Assembly: GCA_964497825.1 (NCBI GenBank)
Contig: CAZCFA010000002.1
Coordinates: 7,510 to 71,509, forward strand
DNA length: 64,000 nt
Direction: 5' to 3'
DNA from: an uncultured Conexibacter sp.
GTDB taxonomy: Bacteria; Actinomycetota; Thermoleophilia; Solirubrobacterales; 70-9
The notes under the pieces are model-generated. The model was not told the origin of the DNA. It saw only the letters and a list, made by a program, of their open reading frames with translations, and did not search any database. The translations under genes and the position numbers were made by a program. Position 1 is the stretch's first letter. Each line of letters starts with the position of its first letter. This document shows positions 16,483-26,030 of this stretch, one piece after another.

Positions 16483-19058
16483 CCGGAGGGCTCCGGATCC
16501 GCGACGCGGCGCGGACGCCGCAGCCGCGCGCGCAGCTCGGGCAGCGGTCTGAAGCCGCCCTCGGCCCAGACGAGGGCCGCCGGCAGCACCAGCATCACGC
16601 CGGCGATCGAGGCGGAGAGGTCGACGATCGTCGCCAGGCCGAAGTCGCGCAGCATCGTGATCCCGCTCAGCGCGAGCACGCCGAAGCCCGCGATCGAGGT
16701 GATCCCGGAGGCGAGCACCGCGGTGCCGGTGCGCGCATAGGTGAGCCGCAGCGCCTCGCCGATCGAGCTGCCGGCCTCGCGCTGCTCGTGATAGCGACCG
16801 GCGAGGATCACGCTGAACTCGGTGGCGACCGCGATCACGAGCACGCCGAGCGCGGCCGACATCGGGTTCAGCGGCACGTCGATCGCCTCGAGGACGAGCG
16901 CCGACCAGCCGGTCGCGAGCGCGATCGGGAGCATCGGGACCAGCGCCCGGGCGGGCCGCCGGGTGACGGCGAGCAGGGTGAGCGCGACGGCGAGCAGCGC
17001 CACGATCGTCAACCAGTAGCGCGAGCCCGAGAGCTGCGAGTTGGCGTCGGCGGCGAGCACCGCGAGACCGACGACCTCGGCGTCGACCCCGTCGGGCGGG
17101 GCGAAGCGGTCGTCGGCGCCGGGCGGCGGATCGATCCGCTCGCGGACGTCGTCGATCAGCCGCTCCTGCTGGTCGAGCGGCATCACCGGGATCAGGAAGC
17201 TGGCGGCGGCATAGTCGGGATCGCCGCGCGACAGCACCGCCTGGGCGAAGTACGGCGGCACGAGGTCGAGCACGGCGTCGACGCGCTGCTGGCGCAGCGG
17301 CGCCCCGGAGCTGAGGTCGAACAGGTCGGAGAGCGCCGGCCCGGGGCAGAGCTCGACGCCGTCGTCGAGGCAGCTCACGGTCCGCGTCGGCTTGAAGCCG
17401 TGGTCCTTGAGCACGCGTGCCTTGAACCTGCTCATCCACTCGATCGCCGCCGCCGAGGTGACGTCGCCCGAGACCAGCACGTCCATCTCGGCGCCGACGC
17501 CGGTCGCGTCCTCGAGATCGGTCAGCGAGCGCAGCGCCGGCAGGTCGGCGGGGACGAGCTCGCGGATGTCGCTGACCACCTTGGTCGCGGTCCCGGCCGC
17601 CCAGCCGGTCGCCGCCAGCACGACGGCGACGGCGAGCACGCGCCCGGGAGCGCGAATCGAGGCGGCGAGCGCGGCCCGCGCGAAGCCGCGCACGCGCGCG
17701 ACGGCCGGCGCCGCCGCCCGCCGCCAGGCGGCGTTGAGCCGGTCGAGGCGGCCGCTTGGGGCGCCCCTCCCGGCGCCGCGGGCGGGGGTCATCGAGAGCG
17801 CCGCGAGGCCGGCCGTGAGCGAGATCACGAGCGCCGCCGCGATCCCGGCGACGAGCGCGATCGCGAACTCGCGCACCATCGGGATCGGCGACAGCGCCAG
17901 CGCCAGGAAGCCGACGCCGGTGGCGAGCGCCGCGGTGCCGACCACGGGGCCGCCGCGGACCGCGGCCGCCACCGCCGCGGCCGGTGGCCGCTCACCGCGC
18001 TCGGCCGCCTCGCGGAAGCGCGCCTGGAGCTGGATCGCGTAATCGACGCCGAGGCCGATCACGACCGGCAGCACCGCGACCGACGCCATCGTCAGCGTGC
18101 CGCCCGCGATCGCGAGCAGCCCGAGGGCGAAGCCGGCGGCGCCGATCGCGACCAGCAGCGGCAGCAGCCGCAGCGGCGGCCCGAAGATGAAGATCAGCAC
18201 CAGCGCCATCACCGCCAGCGCGGCGCCGAACAGGACGATGATCTGCTCGGCGAGCGCGTCGGCGAGCCCCTGGACGACGACCGGCACGCCGCTGACCTCG
18301 TAGCGGACCCCGTGCTTGAGCTTGAACGCGTCGTCGCCGAGCGTCTCGCGGATCAGGGCGATCGCCTCACGGCGCTGGCCGGCGCTGATGCCCGGTCGCA
18401 GCCGGATCGAGATCAGCGCCGCCTGATCGGAGGGGAACAGGTAGCCGCGCTTCGCCTTCGGCGGCGCCCCGTCGACGCTGTCGTCGAAGACGACGGCCTG
18501 GACGAAGTTGGTGTTGTTGATCGAGAGGCTGGCGAGGTCGGCGATCGAGAGGCCGCTCTGCAGCAGCTGCTGCTGGGCCTGCTGCAGCGCCTGCGGGTCG
18601 TTGAGGACGCCGCTGCGGATCTGCCGCTGGATGCTCTCGGTCGCCCGGCGGGCCGCCTCGTCGAGGAACGTCGCCGGACCGAACACGACCTTCGTCGCCC
18701 CGGTCCGGCCGATCGCGGCGCAGCTCTCGGCCGCGTACTGCCCGGTGGCGGGATCGGGCCGGCCCGCCAGGCAGGTCTCCAGCGACAGCAGCCGGTTGAT
18801 GTTGTCGGTGAGGACGATCTGGTCGAGGTCGCCCTTGACGAGGATCACGATCGGGTCGTCGCCGAAGCGGTCGCGGAACCGCTCGGTCCCGGCGTAGGCC
18901 GCCGACCCGTGATCGACGAGCTTGTCGGTGGTCGCGTCGGGGCTCAGCCGCAGCGCCCCGACGACGCCGACGATCGCAACCACCGCGACGACCGCGGCGA
19001 TCGTCGGCGCCGGCCGCGTCACCGCCCACTCTCCTATGCGGCCGAGCAGCTTCCGCAC
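16479..19058 (-). CDS. MMPL/RND-superfamily transporter
   Basis: 859-aa track ORF. Two 6-TM bundles, each preceded by a large extracytoplasmic domain. N-terminus MRKLLGRIGEWAVTRPAPTIAAVVAVVAIVGVVG..FRDRFGDDPIVILV is typical of MMPL proteins. Confidence 0.9.
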   Translation of the reverse strand: MRKLLGRIGEWAVTRPAPTIAAVVAVVAIVGVVGALRLSPDATTDKLVDHGSAAYAGTERFRDRFGDDPIVILVKGDLDQIVLTDNINRLLSLETCLAGRPDPATGQYAAESCAAIGRTGATKVVFGPATFLDEAARRATESIQRQIRSGVLNDPQALQQAQQQLLQSGLSIADLASLSINNTNFVQAVVFDDSVDGAPPKAKRGYLFPSDQAALISIRLRPGISAGQRREAIALIRETLGDDAFKLKHGVRYEVSGVPVVVQGLADALAEQIIVLFGAALAVMALVLIFIFGPPLRLLPLLVAIGAAGFALGLLAIAGGTLTMASVAVLPVVIGLGVDYAIQLQARFREAAERGERPPAAAVAAAVRGGPVVGTAALATGVGFLALALSPIPMVREFAIALVAGIAAALVISLTAGLAALSMTPARGAGRGAPSGRLDRLNAAWRRAAAPAVARVRGFARAALAASIRAPGRVLAVAVVLAATGWAAGTATKVVSDIRELVPADLPALRSLTDLEDATGVGAEMDVLVSGDVTSAAAIEWMSRFKARVLKDHGFKPTRTVSCLDDGVELCPGPALSDLFDLSSGAPLRQQRVDAVLDLVPPYFAQAVLSRGDPDYAAASFLIPVMPLDQQERLIDDVRERIDPPPGADDRFAPPDGVDAEVVGLAVLAADANSQLSGSRYWLTIVALLAVALTLLAVTRRPARALVPMLPIALATGWSALVLEAIDVPLNPMSAALGVLVIAVATEFSVILAGRYHEQREAGSSIGEALRLTYARTGTAVLASGITSIAGFGVLALSGITMLRDFGLATIVDLSASIAGVMLVLPAALVWAEGGFRPLPELRARLRRPRRVADPEPSG

Positions 19059-19332
19059 CCGGGAAAGACTAGGGACGCGCCGTCACACCGGGACCGGTTC
19101 TGGTGCCGAGACGCAGATTCCGGTACCTACGGTGCCGCAATCCGCGACTCGACGCCGGCCGAGCGGCTAACGCGGCCCCGCGAGCGTCGGATCGCGCGGA
19201 TAGCGGGCTCCCGTGCCGCCAGCCCCCCTGGTGAGCGCGGGAGCCGCGAGCGCAAGGAAGAGCCGGGCGTGGTGGCCGCGTGGCGATGAGCCGGGCGATG
19301 CCGCGGCGATCGCGGCTCCCGCGCCGCCAGGA

Positions 19333-20343
19333 TCAGTCCATCGCCAGCGGGCCGACCACCTCGGCGTTGAGGAACTGGCGGACGAAGTCGTTGTCGCTCT
19401 CGAACAGCTCCTCCGAGGGACCCGACTCGACGATCCGGCCCTTCCACAGGACGGCGATGAAGTCGGCGATCCGGCGCGCGGTCCCGAGGTCGTGGCTGAT
19501 CACCATGTAGCAGCCGCCGTTCTCCTCGTGGACCTCGCGGATCAGCTCGCACAGCAGCGCCGTGCGGACCGGGTCGAGGCCCGAGTCAGGCTCGTCGAAG
19601 AACACGATCGCCGGGTCGAGGACGAGCGCGCGGGCGAAGCCGGCGCGCTTGCGCATGCCGCCGGAGAGCTCGTTCGGCATCTTGTAGTGGGCCTCGGCGA
19701 GGCCGACCTCGGCGAGCCGGCGGCTGACGATCTCGCCGATCTCCTCCTCCGACTTGTCGGTGTGCTGGCGCAGCGGGAAGGCGGTGTTGTCATAGATGTT
19801 CATCGAGCCGAACAGCGCCCCGTCCTGGAACAGCAGGCCGAACTTCTTGCGCATCTCGAACAGCTCGTCGTCGGTCATGTTCGGGACCGACTCGCCGTGG
19901 ACGAGGATGTCGCCCGCGTCCGGGTAGAGCAGGCCGACGATCAGCTTGATCAGGACGCTCTTGCCGGTTCCCGACGGGCCGAGGACCATCGAGACCTCGT
20001 TGTCGGGAAGGCCGAGGTTGAGGCCGTTCTGGATCCGGGTGTTGCCGAACTGCTTGACGAGATCGATCACCTCGATCGCGTCCTCGCCGCCGTGATCGCG
20101 CTTCTCGCCGGTGTGCCAGCGGTAGGGATCGGTGTCGTCCTTCTCGACGCCGGGGATCGTGTAGTCCTGGTTCAGCTTGCCGAGCTCGGGCGCCGCGTAG
20201 TCGGGGTCGCGGCTGGCCGGGGCCGCCGCCGGTGCCGGCGGGGGTGGTGGCGGCGGCGGGGCGCCGCGCTCGATCACGGTGTCGTCCTCGGACGGGTCGC
20301 GGTTCTGCTCGCCGGGGTCGCGGTTCTGCTCGTCGGCCGTCAC
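19333..20343 (-). CDS. Mce/Mla-type ABC ATPase (Mkl/MlaF-like) with a ~95-aa disordered N-terminal extension
   Basis: Walker A GPSGTGKS, signature LSGGMRKRAGFARAL, Walker B IVFFDEPDSGLDP. The N-terminus holds the EQNRDPG/EQNRDPS duplication and a PPPPPPPP run. Confidence 0.9.
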   Translation of the reverse strand: MTADEQNRDPGEQNRDPSEDDTVIERGAPPPPPPPPAPAAAPASRDPDYAAPELGKLNQDYTIPGVEKDDTDPYRWHTGEKRDHGGEDAIEVIDLVKQFGNTRIQNGLNLGLPDNEVSMVLGPSGTGKSVLIKLIVGLLYPDAGDILVHGESVPNMTDDELFEMRKKFGLLFQDGALFGSMNIYDNTAFPLRQHTDKSEEEIGEIVSRRLAEVGLAEAHYKMPNELSGGMRKRAGFARALVLDPAIVFFDEPDSGLDPVRTALLCELIREVHEENGGCYMVISHDLGTARRIADFIAVLWKGRIVESGPSEELFESDNDFVRQFLNAEVVGPLAMD

Positions 20344-20371
20344 TGCTCTCTCCTTCTACGCATAGCCGGCG

Positions 20372-21166
20372 TCAACCGCCGATCGGTGCCCTCGGGTTCG
20401 CGCCCCAGAAGACAAGTGTGCCCATCATCCCGATGATGTGGACGAGGACGATGTTGAGGACCATCGACTTCGCCGTCGCGGTGCCGACGCCGACCGGCCC
20501 GCCCCCGGCCGTGTAGCCGTAGTAGCAGCCGACGAGCACGATCGCGGTCGCCATCGTCATCCCCTTGATGACGCTGAATATCAAGTCGGGCGGGTTCTGG
20601 AACATCCAGAAGATCAGCAGGTAGCCGCCGCTGGAGGTGTCGCCGATCTGCTCGACGACGGCGATGTAGGAGGCGATGAAGCCGACGCCGATCGCGGCCA
20701 GGTACATGAACGGCAGCACCATCCAGGCGGCAAGCAGCCGGGTCGCGGCGAGGAAGGTGACCGGCTGGATGCCCATCACCTCGAGCGCGTCGATCTCGTC
20801 CGAGATCCGCATCGCGCCGAGCTCGGCGACGATCCCGGTCCCGACCTTGGCGCTCATCATGTAGCCGAAGGCGTACGGGATCACCTCGCGCAGATCGCAC
20901 CAGGCGGCGAAGTTGCCGGCGTAGGCGGGGGCGCCGACCGAGCGCGTGAAGTAGGCCCCCTCGATCCCGCACTGCAGGCCGAGGATGAAGACGAGGCCCC
21001 AGATCACGATCGTCGAGCCGAGGATCAGGATCCCGGCCTGGCGCAGCGCCTCGCCGAAGAACTGGAAGACGCGGCCCGAGTAGACGAGCCCCATGACGCG
21101 GCCGCAGAAGCGGACGATCTCCCCCATCGAGGCGAGCCAGTCCCTCGGTACCGCGAGCCAGCTCAT
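20372..21166 (-). CDS. MlaE/YrbE-family ABC permease (second copy)
   Basis: ATG 21166 inside track ORF 20372..21466 (MSWLAVPRDWLASMGEIVRF...). AELGAMRISDEIDALEVMGI motif characteristic of YrbE/MlaE. Confidence 0.9.
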   Translation of the reverse strand: MSWLAVPRDWLASMGEIVRFCGRVMGLVYSGRVFQFFGEALRQAGILILGSTIVIWGLVFILGLQCGIEGAYFTRSVGAPAYAGNFAAWCDLREVIPYAFGYMMSAKVGTGIVAELGAMRISDEIDALEVMGIQPVTFLAATRLLAAWMVLPFMYLAAIGVGFIASYIAVVEQIGDTSSGGYLLIFWMFQNPPDLIFSVIKGMTMATAIVLVGCYYGYTAGGGPVGVGTATAKSMVLNIVLVHIIGMMGTLVFWGANPRAPIGG

Positions 21167-21326
21167 CGCAGCGATCCCCGGGCCCGCTGCAGCGAGCGAC
21201 CATGCGGGGCGGCGAGGCGCGGATCGCGCTGAGGCGACGGCGCGGACGGACGCCGCCGGCGCGGCGCCGCCTGGCGCGGGTCGCAGCCCGGCGAGAACGC
21301 GGCCCTGCGCGGTGTCCGGCGCGGCG

Positions 21327-22133
21327 TCACTTGATCGTGCTGATCTCGGGGTGGGTCGCGAGCAGCGTCTGGGTGAAGACGTAGTTGAAGGCGAACACCC
21401 CCATGAACGCGACCACGACCGCCTCGTTGACGGCGGTGCCGACGCCCTGCGCGCCCCCGGACGCATTCATCCCCTTGTAGGAGCAGACGATCGCGACGAT
21501 CGCGCCGAACAGCGTCGTCTTCAGCACCGAGCCCCAGAGGTCGGTGACCGAGGCGTTGTTGAACAGCGTCGCGAAGAAGCCGCCGAGCGGCTGGCCGTAG
21601 GTGAGCTCGGCGAAGATCCCGCCGCTGATCCCGAACAGGAGCGCGTAGATGTTGAGCAGCCCGGTGATCAGCATCAGGCTGAGGAACCGCGGGACGACCA
21701 GGTTCTTGATCGGGTCGACCCCGAGCACCATCAGCGCGTCGAGCTCCTCGCGGATCTTGCGGGCGCCGAGGTCGGCGGTGATCGCGGTTCCGGCGACGCC
21801 GGCGACGACGACGGCGGTCACGAACGGCGCGAACTCGCGAACCGACGCGAGGATGAAGAAGCCGCCGAGCCGGTCGAGGGCGCCGAACAGCGTCAGGAAG
21901 TTGGCGGCCTGCAGGCCGGGAGCGCCGAAGCCGAAGGCAACGGTGCTGATCAGCAGCGGGAACCAGCAGAGCTGCAGCGCGAACAGGAACTGCGAGATGA
22001 ACTCACCGCCGTAGGGGTAGGGCGGCTTGACCGTGGCGACGATCGTCTTGCCGGTCAGGATCATCATGTTCCCGACCTGCTCGAACAGGTTCTTGGCGGG
22101 AAGGAACGCCCTATCGGCTGCTGATCTGACCAT
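21327..22133 (-). CDS. MlaE/YrbE-family ABC permease (first copy)
   Basis: Track ORF. ADLGARKIREELDALMVLGVDP motif. Five to six TM segments. Confidence 0.9.
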   Translation of the reverse strand: MVRSAADRAFLPAKNLFEQVGNMMILTGKTIVATVKPPYPYGGEFISQFLFALQLCWFPLLISTVAFGFGAPGLQAANFLTLFGALDRLGGFFILASVREFAPFVTAVVVAGVAGTAITADLGARKIREELDALMVLGVDPIKNLVVPRFLSLMLITGLLNIYALLFGISGGIFAELTYGQPLGGFFATLFNNASVTDLWGSVLKTTLFGAIVAIVCSYKGMNASGGAQGVGTAVNEAVVVAFMGVFAFNYVFTQTLLATHPEISTIK

Positions 22134-22307
22134 CTCTCCTGGAGACGGGAGACCTCCCTGGCCTCGCCTCCGCTCCGAAACTTAGTTCATCACGGAGGGC
22201 GGCGCCACCGCCGGGCCGCGACCGGCGCCGGCGCCCGATCGGCGGCTCCGACCGGCGTCGCTGAGGCCGCAAGTCGGTGCCCGGCCCCGTGCTATGTTCC
22301 GCCCGCC

Positions 22308-22970
22308 TTGGGGGAGAGATCCACAAGCGCACGGCGGCAGCTGCATGCCGCTGTCGCCGTTGCCGTCCTCCTCCCGAGCCTCGCGCTCGGACTCGCCGCC
22401 TGCGGCGACGATGCCGCCAGCCAGGACGCGAACGAGCCCGCCGGCGACTATCCGGTCGAGGTGACGAAGGCCAAGTTCCCGACCTCGCAGCGGCTGGCGC
22501 AGACGTCCGAGCTCGTGCTCGGCGTCCACAACGGCGGCGACGACGCGCTGCCACAGCTCGCTTTCACGATCGAGACCGACGACGGCGATGCCGACGGTTC
22601 GTTCAACATCCGCCTCGACGAGCCCGGGCTCGCCAACCCGAACCGCCCGGTCTGGATCCTCGAGAGCAAGTACCCGCGGCCGGTCGGCACGCCGCCGCCG
22701 CCGGGGCTGGGGCCGGGCTTCCGCGCGCAGACCAACACCTGGGGCTTCGATTCGCTCGCCCCGGGCGAGACCGAGGAGATCGCCTGGCGGGTGACGCCGG
22801 TGATGCCGGGCACCTACACGCTGCACTACCAGGTCGAGGCGGGGCTCGACGGCAAGGCGCGCGCGGTCACCGCCGACGGCGGCGACGTCAAGGGCGAGTT
22901 CGTCGTCACGATCACCGACAAGCCGCCGAAGGCCAGGGTCAACGACGCCGGCAACGTCGTCACCGAGTAG
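22308..22970 (+). CDS. hypothetical lipoprotein (beta-sandwich-like)
   Basis: Track ORF with TTG start. Signal peptide with lipobox LGLAAC. No catalytic motif recognised. Confidence 0.7.
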   Translation: MGERSTSARRQLHAAVAVAVLLPSLALGLAACGDDAASQDANEPAGDYPVEVTKAKFPTSQRLAQTSELVLGVHNGGDDALPQLAFTIETDDGDADGSFNIRLDEPGLANPNRPVWILESKYPRPVGTPPPPGLGPGFRAQTNTWGFDSLAPGETEEIAWRVTPVMPGTYTLHYQVEAGLDGKARAVTADGGDVKGEFVVTITDKPPKARVNDAGNVVTE

Positions 22971-23256
22971 GCGCCCGCGCCGGCGCTCGCCCGGGGACCG
23001 GCCGCGGCGGCGCTCGGCTCGAGCCCGGCGGGCGCTGTGGCCGGCGCTGGTCGCCTGCTCACTGCTCCTCGCCGCCTGCGGGGGCGGCGAGCCGGGCAGC
23101 TCAGCGACGAGCGCCGGCGGCTCAGCCACTTCCGGCGCCGGCGGCTCGGCGACGAGCGCCGCCGAGGAACCCGCTGCGAGCGGTCAGCGGCGCCCCGGCA
23201 ACGGCCGCGGCGGCGTCGAGCTGACCGAGATCGGCAGCTTCGACGCGCCCCTGTAC

Positions 23257-24264
23257 GTGGCCCAGCCGCCGGGCGAGAGCAAGGACCTCTACGTGGTCGA
23301 GCAGGGCGGAACGATCGAACGCGTCGCCGCCGACGGCAAGGCGACGACGTTCCTCGACGTCGCCGGCGAGATCACCAGCGGCGGCGAGCAGGGGTTGCTG
23401 TCGGTCGCCTTCAGCCCCGACTGGCGGCGCGACCACCTGCTCTACGTCGACTACACCGACCGCGACGGCGACACCCGCGTCGTCGAGTACGCCGCAAACG
23501 GCGGCAGCGCCGATCCCGGCAGCGCCCGCGAGCTGCTGCACGTCGACCAGCCCTACGCCAACCACAACGGCGGCCTCCTCCTGTTCGGTCCCGACGGCAA
23601 GCTCTACATCGGCCTCGGCGACGGCGGCTCCGCCGGCGACCCCGACCGCAACGGCCTCGACCCGACGACGCTGCTCGGCAAGATCCTGCGGATCGACCCC
23701 GCGGCCGGCGACGGCCGCCCCTACCGGGTGCCGGCTTCGAACCCGTTCGCCGGCGACGCCGATGCCCGGGGCGAGATCTACGCGCTCGGGCTCCGCAACC
23801 CCTGGCGGTTCTCGTTCGACAGCGCCAACGGGAACCTGCTGATCGGCGACGTCGGCCAGGATCGCCAGGAGGAGATCGACGTCGTCAGCCCCGAGCAGGC
23901 GAACGGCGCCGACTTCGGCTGGTCGGCGTACGAGGGCGATGCCCGCTTCAACTCCGATCAGCAGGCGCCGGGCGCGATCGCACCGGCGCTGGTCGCCCGC
24001 CACGAGGACGGCAACTGCTCGATCACCGGCGGCCTCGTCGTCCACGACCCCGACCTGCCGACGCTGCGCGGCCGCTACCTGTGGGGCGACTTCTGTCGCG
24101 GCGAGCTGCGCAGCTTCATTCCCGAGCCGGGCGAGCGGGCCCGTGACGACGTCGCCCTCGGCGAGCACGTCGCCGCACTCTCCTCGTTCGGGACCGACAA
24201 CGACGACAACGTCTACGCGGTCTCGCTCGACGGCCCCGTCTACCGCCTCGACCCGGCGAAGTGA
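23257..24264 (+). CDS. PQQ-dependent sugar dehydrogenase (soluble GDH/sorbosone dehydrogenase family); true start probably upstream
   Basis: Track ORF. EQGLLSVAFSPD, ANHNGGLLLFGPDGKLYIGLGDGG, LGKILRIDP and YALGLRNPWRFSFD blocks. The same frame is open back to 22804 and encodes a lipoprotein signal peptide (LWPALVACSLLLAACGGG), but no ATG/GTG/TTG precedes 23257. Confidence 0.85.
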   Translation: MAQPPGESKDLYVVEQGGTIERVAADGKATTFLDVAGEITSGGEQGLLSVAFSPDWRRDHLLYVDYTDRDGDTRVVEYAANGGSADPGSARELLHVDQPYANHNGGLLLFGPDGKLYIGLGDGGSAGDPDRNGLDPTTLLGKILRIDPAAGDGRPYRVPASNPFAGDADARGEIYALGLRNPWRFSFDSANGNLLIGDVGQDRQEEIDVVSPEQANGADFGWSAYEGDARFNSDQQAPGAIAPALVARHEDGNCSITGGLVVHDPDLPTLRGRYLWGDFCRGELRSFIPEPGERARDDVALGEHVAALSSFGTDNDDNVYAVSLDGPVYRLDPAK

Positions 24265-25586
24265 GCGCCGCGGGCGGCTACGCTGCCGCGGCGATGGTGC
24301 ATCGGGGCAAGCTGTTTGCGATCGCGCTGGCACTGGCGCTTGCGCTCGGCGCCGGCGCGGCGGCGCTCGCGTCCGGCGACGGCGGCGGCCTCGCCGACGC
24401 GGCGGCGCTCGCGTCCGGCGGCGGCGGCGCGACGGCGGCCGCGTCCGGCGGTGCCGGCGGTGCGGCGGCGGGCGCCGTGGACGACCGGGCGCGGCCCGGC
24501 GACGGCCGCGGCGGCTTCCGGCTCGGACGCGTCGGCCGCTTCGACGAGCCCGTCTACGTGACCGGCCCCGCGGGCGCCGGCGGGCGCCTGTTCGTCGTCG
24601 AGCAGGGCGGCCGGATCAAGGTCGTGAGCAGGCGCGGCAAGCCCCGGACCTTCCTCAGGGTCAAGGGCGTCCAGTCGGGCGGCGAGCGCGGGCTGCTCTC
24701 GGTCGCCTTCGCGCCCGGCTACCGCTCCAGCGGGCTGCTCTACGTCTACTTCACCGAGCGCGGCGGCGACATCGTCGTCCGCGAGTACCGGCGCGCCCGC
24801 GGCCACCGCTACCGGGCGCGCGGCAGGAGCGGCCGCAAGGTGATCGAGATCGAGCACAGCGAGTATCCGAACCACAACGGCGGCCAGCTCCAGTTCGGGC
24901 CCGACGGCTTCCTCTACATCGGCACCGGCGACGGCGGCAGCGCCTACGACCCGCACGAGAACGCGCAGAACCGGGGCAGCCTGCTCGGCAAGCTGCTGCG
25001 AATCGACCCGCGACGCGACGGCGACGCCCGCTACTCCGTGCCGGGCTCTAACCCGTTCGTCGGTCGCGACGGACGCGACGAGATCTACGCCTACGGGCTC
25101 CGCAACCCGTTCCGGTTCTCGTTCGATCGGGCCGACGGCAACCTGCTGATCGGCGACGTCGGCCAGGATCGCTACGAGGAGATCGACTACGTGACGCTGG
25201 ACGGCGCCCGCGGCGCCAACTTCGGCTGGGACGCGTTCGAGGGAACCCACCCGCTCAACGACGATCCGAGCCCCGATCCCGGCGGCACGCTGAAGCCGAT
25301 CCACGAGTACTCTCACGCGGGCGGCAACTGCGCGATCACCGGCGGCTACGTCTCCCGCGACCGGCGGATCCGGTCGCTGTTCGGTCGCTACCTCTACGCC
25401 GACTTCTGCAAGGGCCAGATCCGCAGCCTGGTCGCGAACCCGGGTGGCGCCTCAGGCGACCGCCCGACCGGACTGCCGGTCCGCTCCGGGGTCTCGAGCT
25501 TCGGCGAGGACAGCCGCGGACGGATCTACGTCGCCAACCGTTCGTCCGGAGTGGTCAGCGTGATCAGGCCGAAGCGCCGGAGGTGA
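24261..25586 (+). CDS. PQQ-dependent sugar dehydrogenase paralogue
   Basis: Track ORF, GTGA overlap with the previous gene (alternative ATG at 24294). Signal peptide KLFAIALALALALGAGAAALA. ERGLLSVAFAPG, PNHNGGQLQFGPDGFLYIGTGDGG and YAYGLRNPFRFSFD blocks. Confidence 0.9.
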   Translation: MSAAGGYAAAAMVHRGKLFAIALALALALGAGAAALASGDGGGLADAAALASGGGGATAAASGGAGGAAAGAVDDRARPGDGRGGFRLGRVGRFDEPVYVTGPAGAGGRLFVVEQGGRIKVVSRRGKPRTFLRVKGVQSGGERGLLSVAFAPGYRSSGLLYVYFTERGGDIVVREYRRARGHRYRARGRSGRKVIEIEHSEYPNHNGGQLQFGPDGFLYIGTGDGGSAYDPHENAQNRGSLLGKLLRIDPRRDGDARYSVPGSNPFVGRDGRDEIYAYGLRNPFRFSFDRADGNLLIGDVGQDRYEEIDYVTLDGARGANFGWDAFEGTHPLNDDPSPDPGGTLKPIHEYSHAGGNCAITGGYVSRDRRIRSLFGRYLYADFCKGQIRSLVANPGGASGDRPTGLPVRSGVSSFGEDSRGRIYVANRSSGVVSVIRPKRRR

Positions 25587-25634
25587 ACGTCCCGCCGCGC
25601 GCGGGGTCCAGCCCCGTCCCGCTCGCCCCCGCCG

Positions 25635-25728
25635 GCGGCGGCCGCAGGACGGCGGACGGCTGACAGGGTGAGGCCGGGGGGCGGCGGCCGCAGGACGGCG
25701 GGCGGCTGACAGGGTGAGGCCGGGGGGC
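25635..25728. repeat. 46-bp tandem repeat, 2 copies
   Basis: gcggccgcaggacggcgg(a/g)cggctgacagggtgaggccggggg occurs at 25638 and 25684 (period 46). Confidence 0.8.
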
Positions 25729-25737
25729 GGCGCGCAG

Positions 25738-25932
25738 CCGGCGCGGCTCGGCCTCTCCGTCTGGGATCGCTGGTCCTGGGCGACAGTGATTCCAGACGCA
25801 GCCACCGGGTGCGGCCAAAGCCGGCGCGGCGGCCGCGCGGGGGTGGCGGCTGGCAGCGCGAGGCGGGGAGTGCACTGCGGCGATCGCTGGGCGGCGGCCG
25901 CACGGGGTGGCGGCTGGCAGCGCGAGGCGGGG
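25738..25932. repeat. GC-rich palindromic element, copy 2 (inverted relative to 10.3 kb), plus 27-bp module duplication
   Basis: 25738-25868 is the reverse complement of 10317-10443. Hairpin arms at 25763-25772 and 25784-25793. ggtggcggctggcagcgcgaggcgggg is repeated at 25842 and 25906. Confidence 0.7.
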
Positions 25933-26030
25933 CGGCCGCCGCGGATGGGCCGGGGCGGGCGTAAGCCGGGGCGGGCAGCGCAAGGCGCGCCGGGGCGGCC
26001 GCGGTCGGCGGCGGCCGTCGGCCCGGCGGG

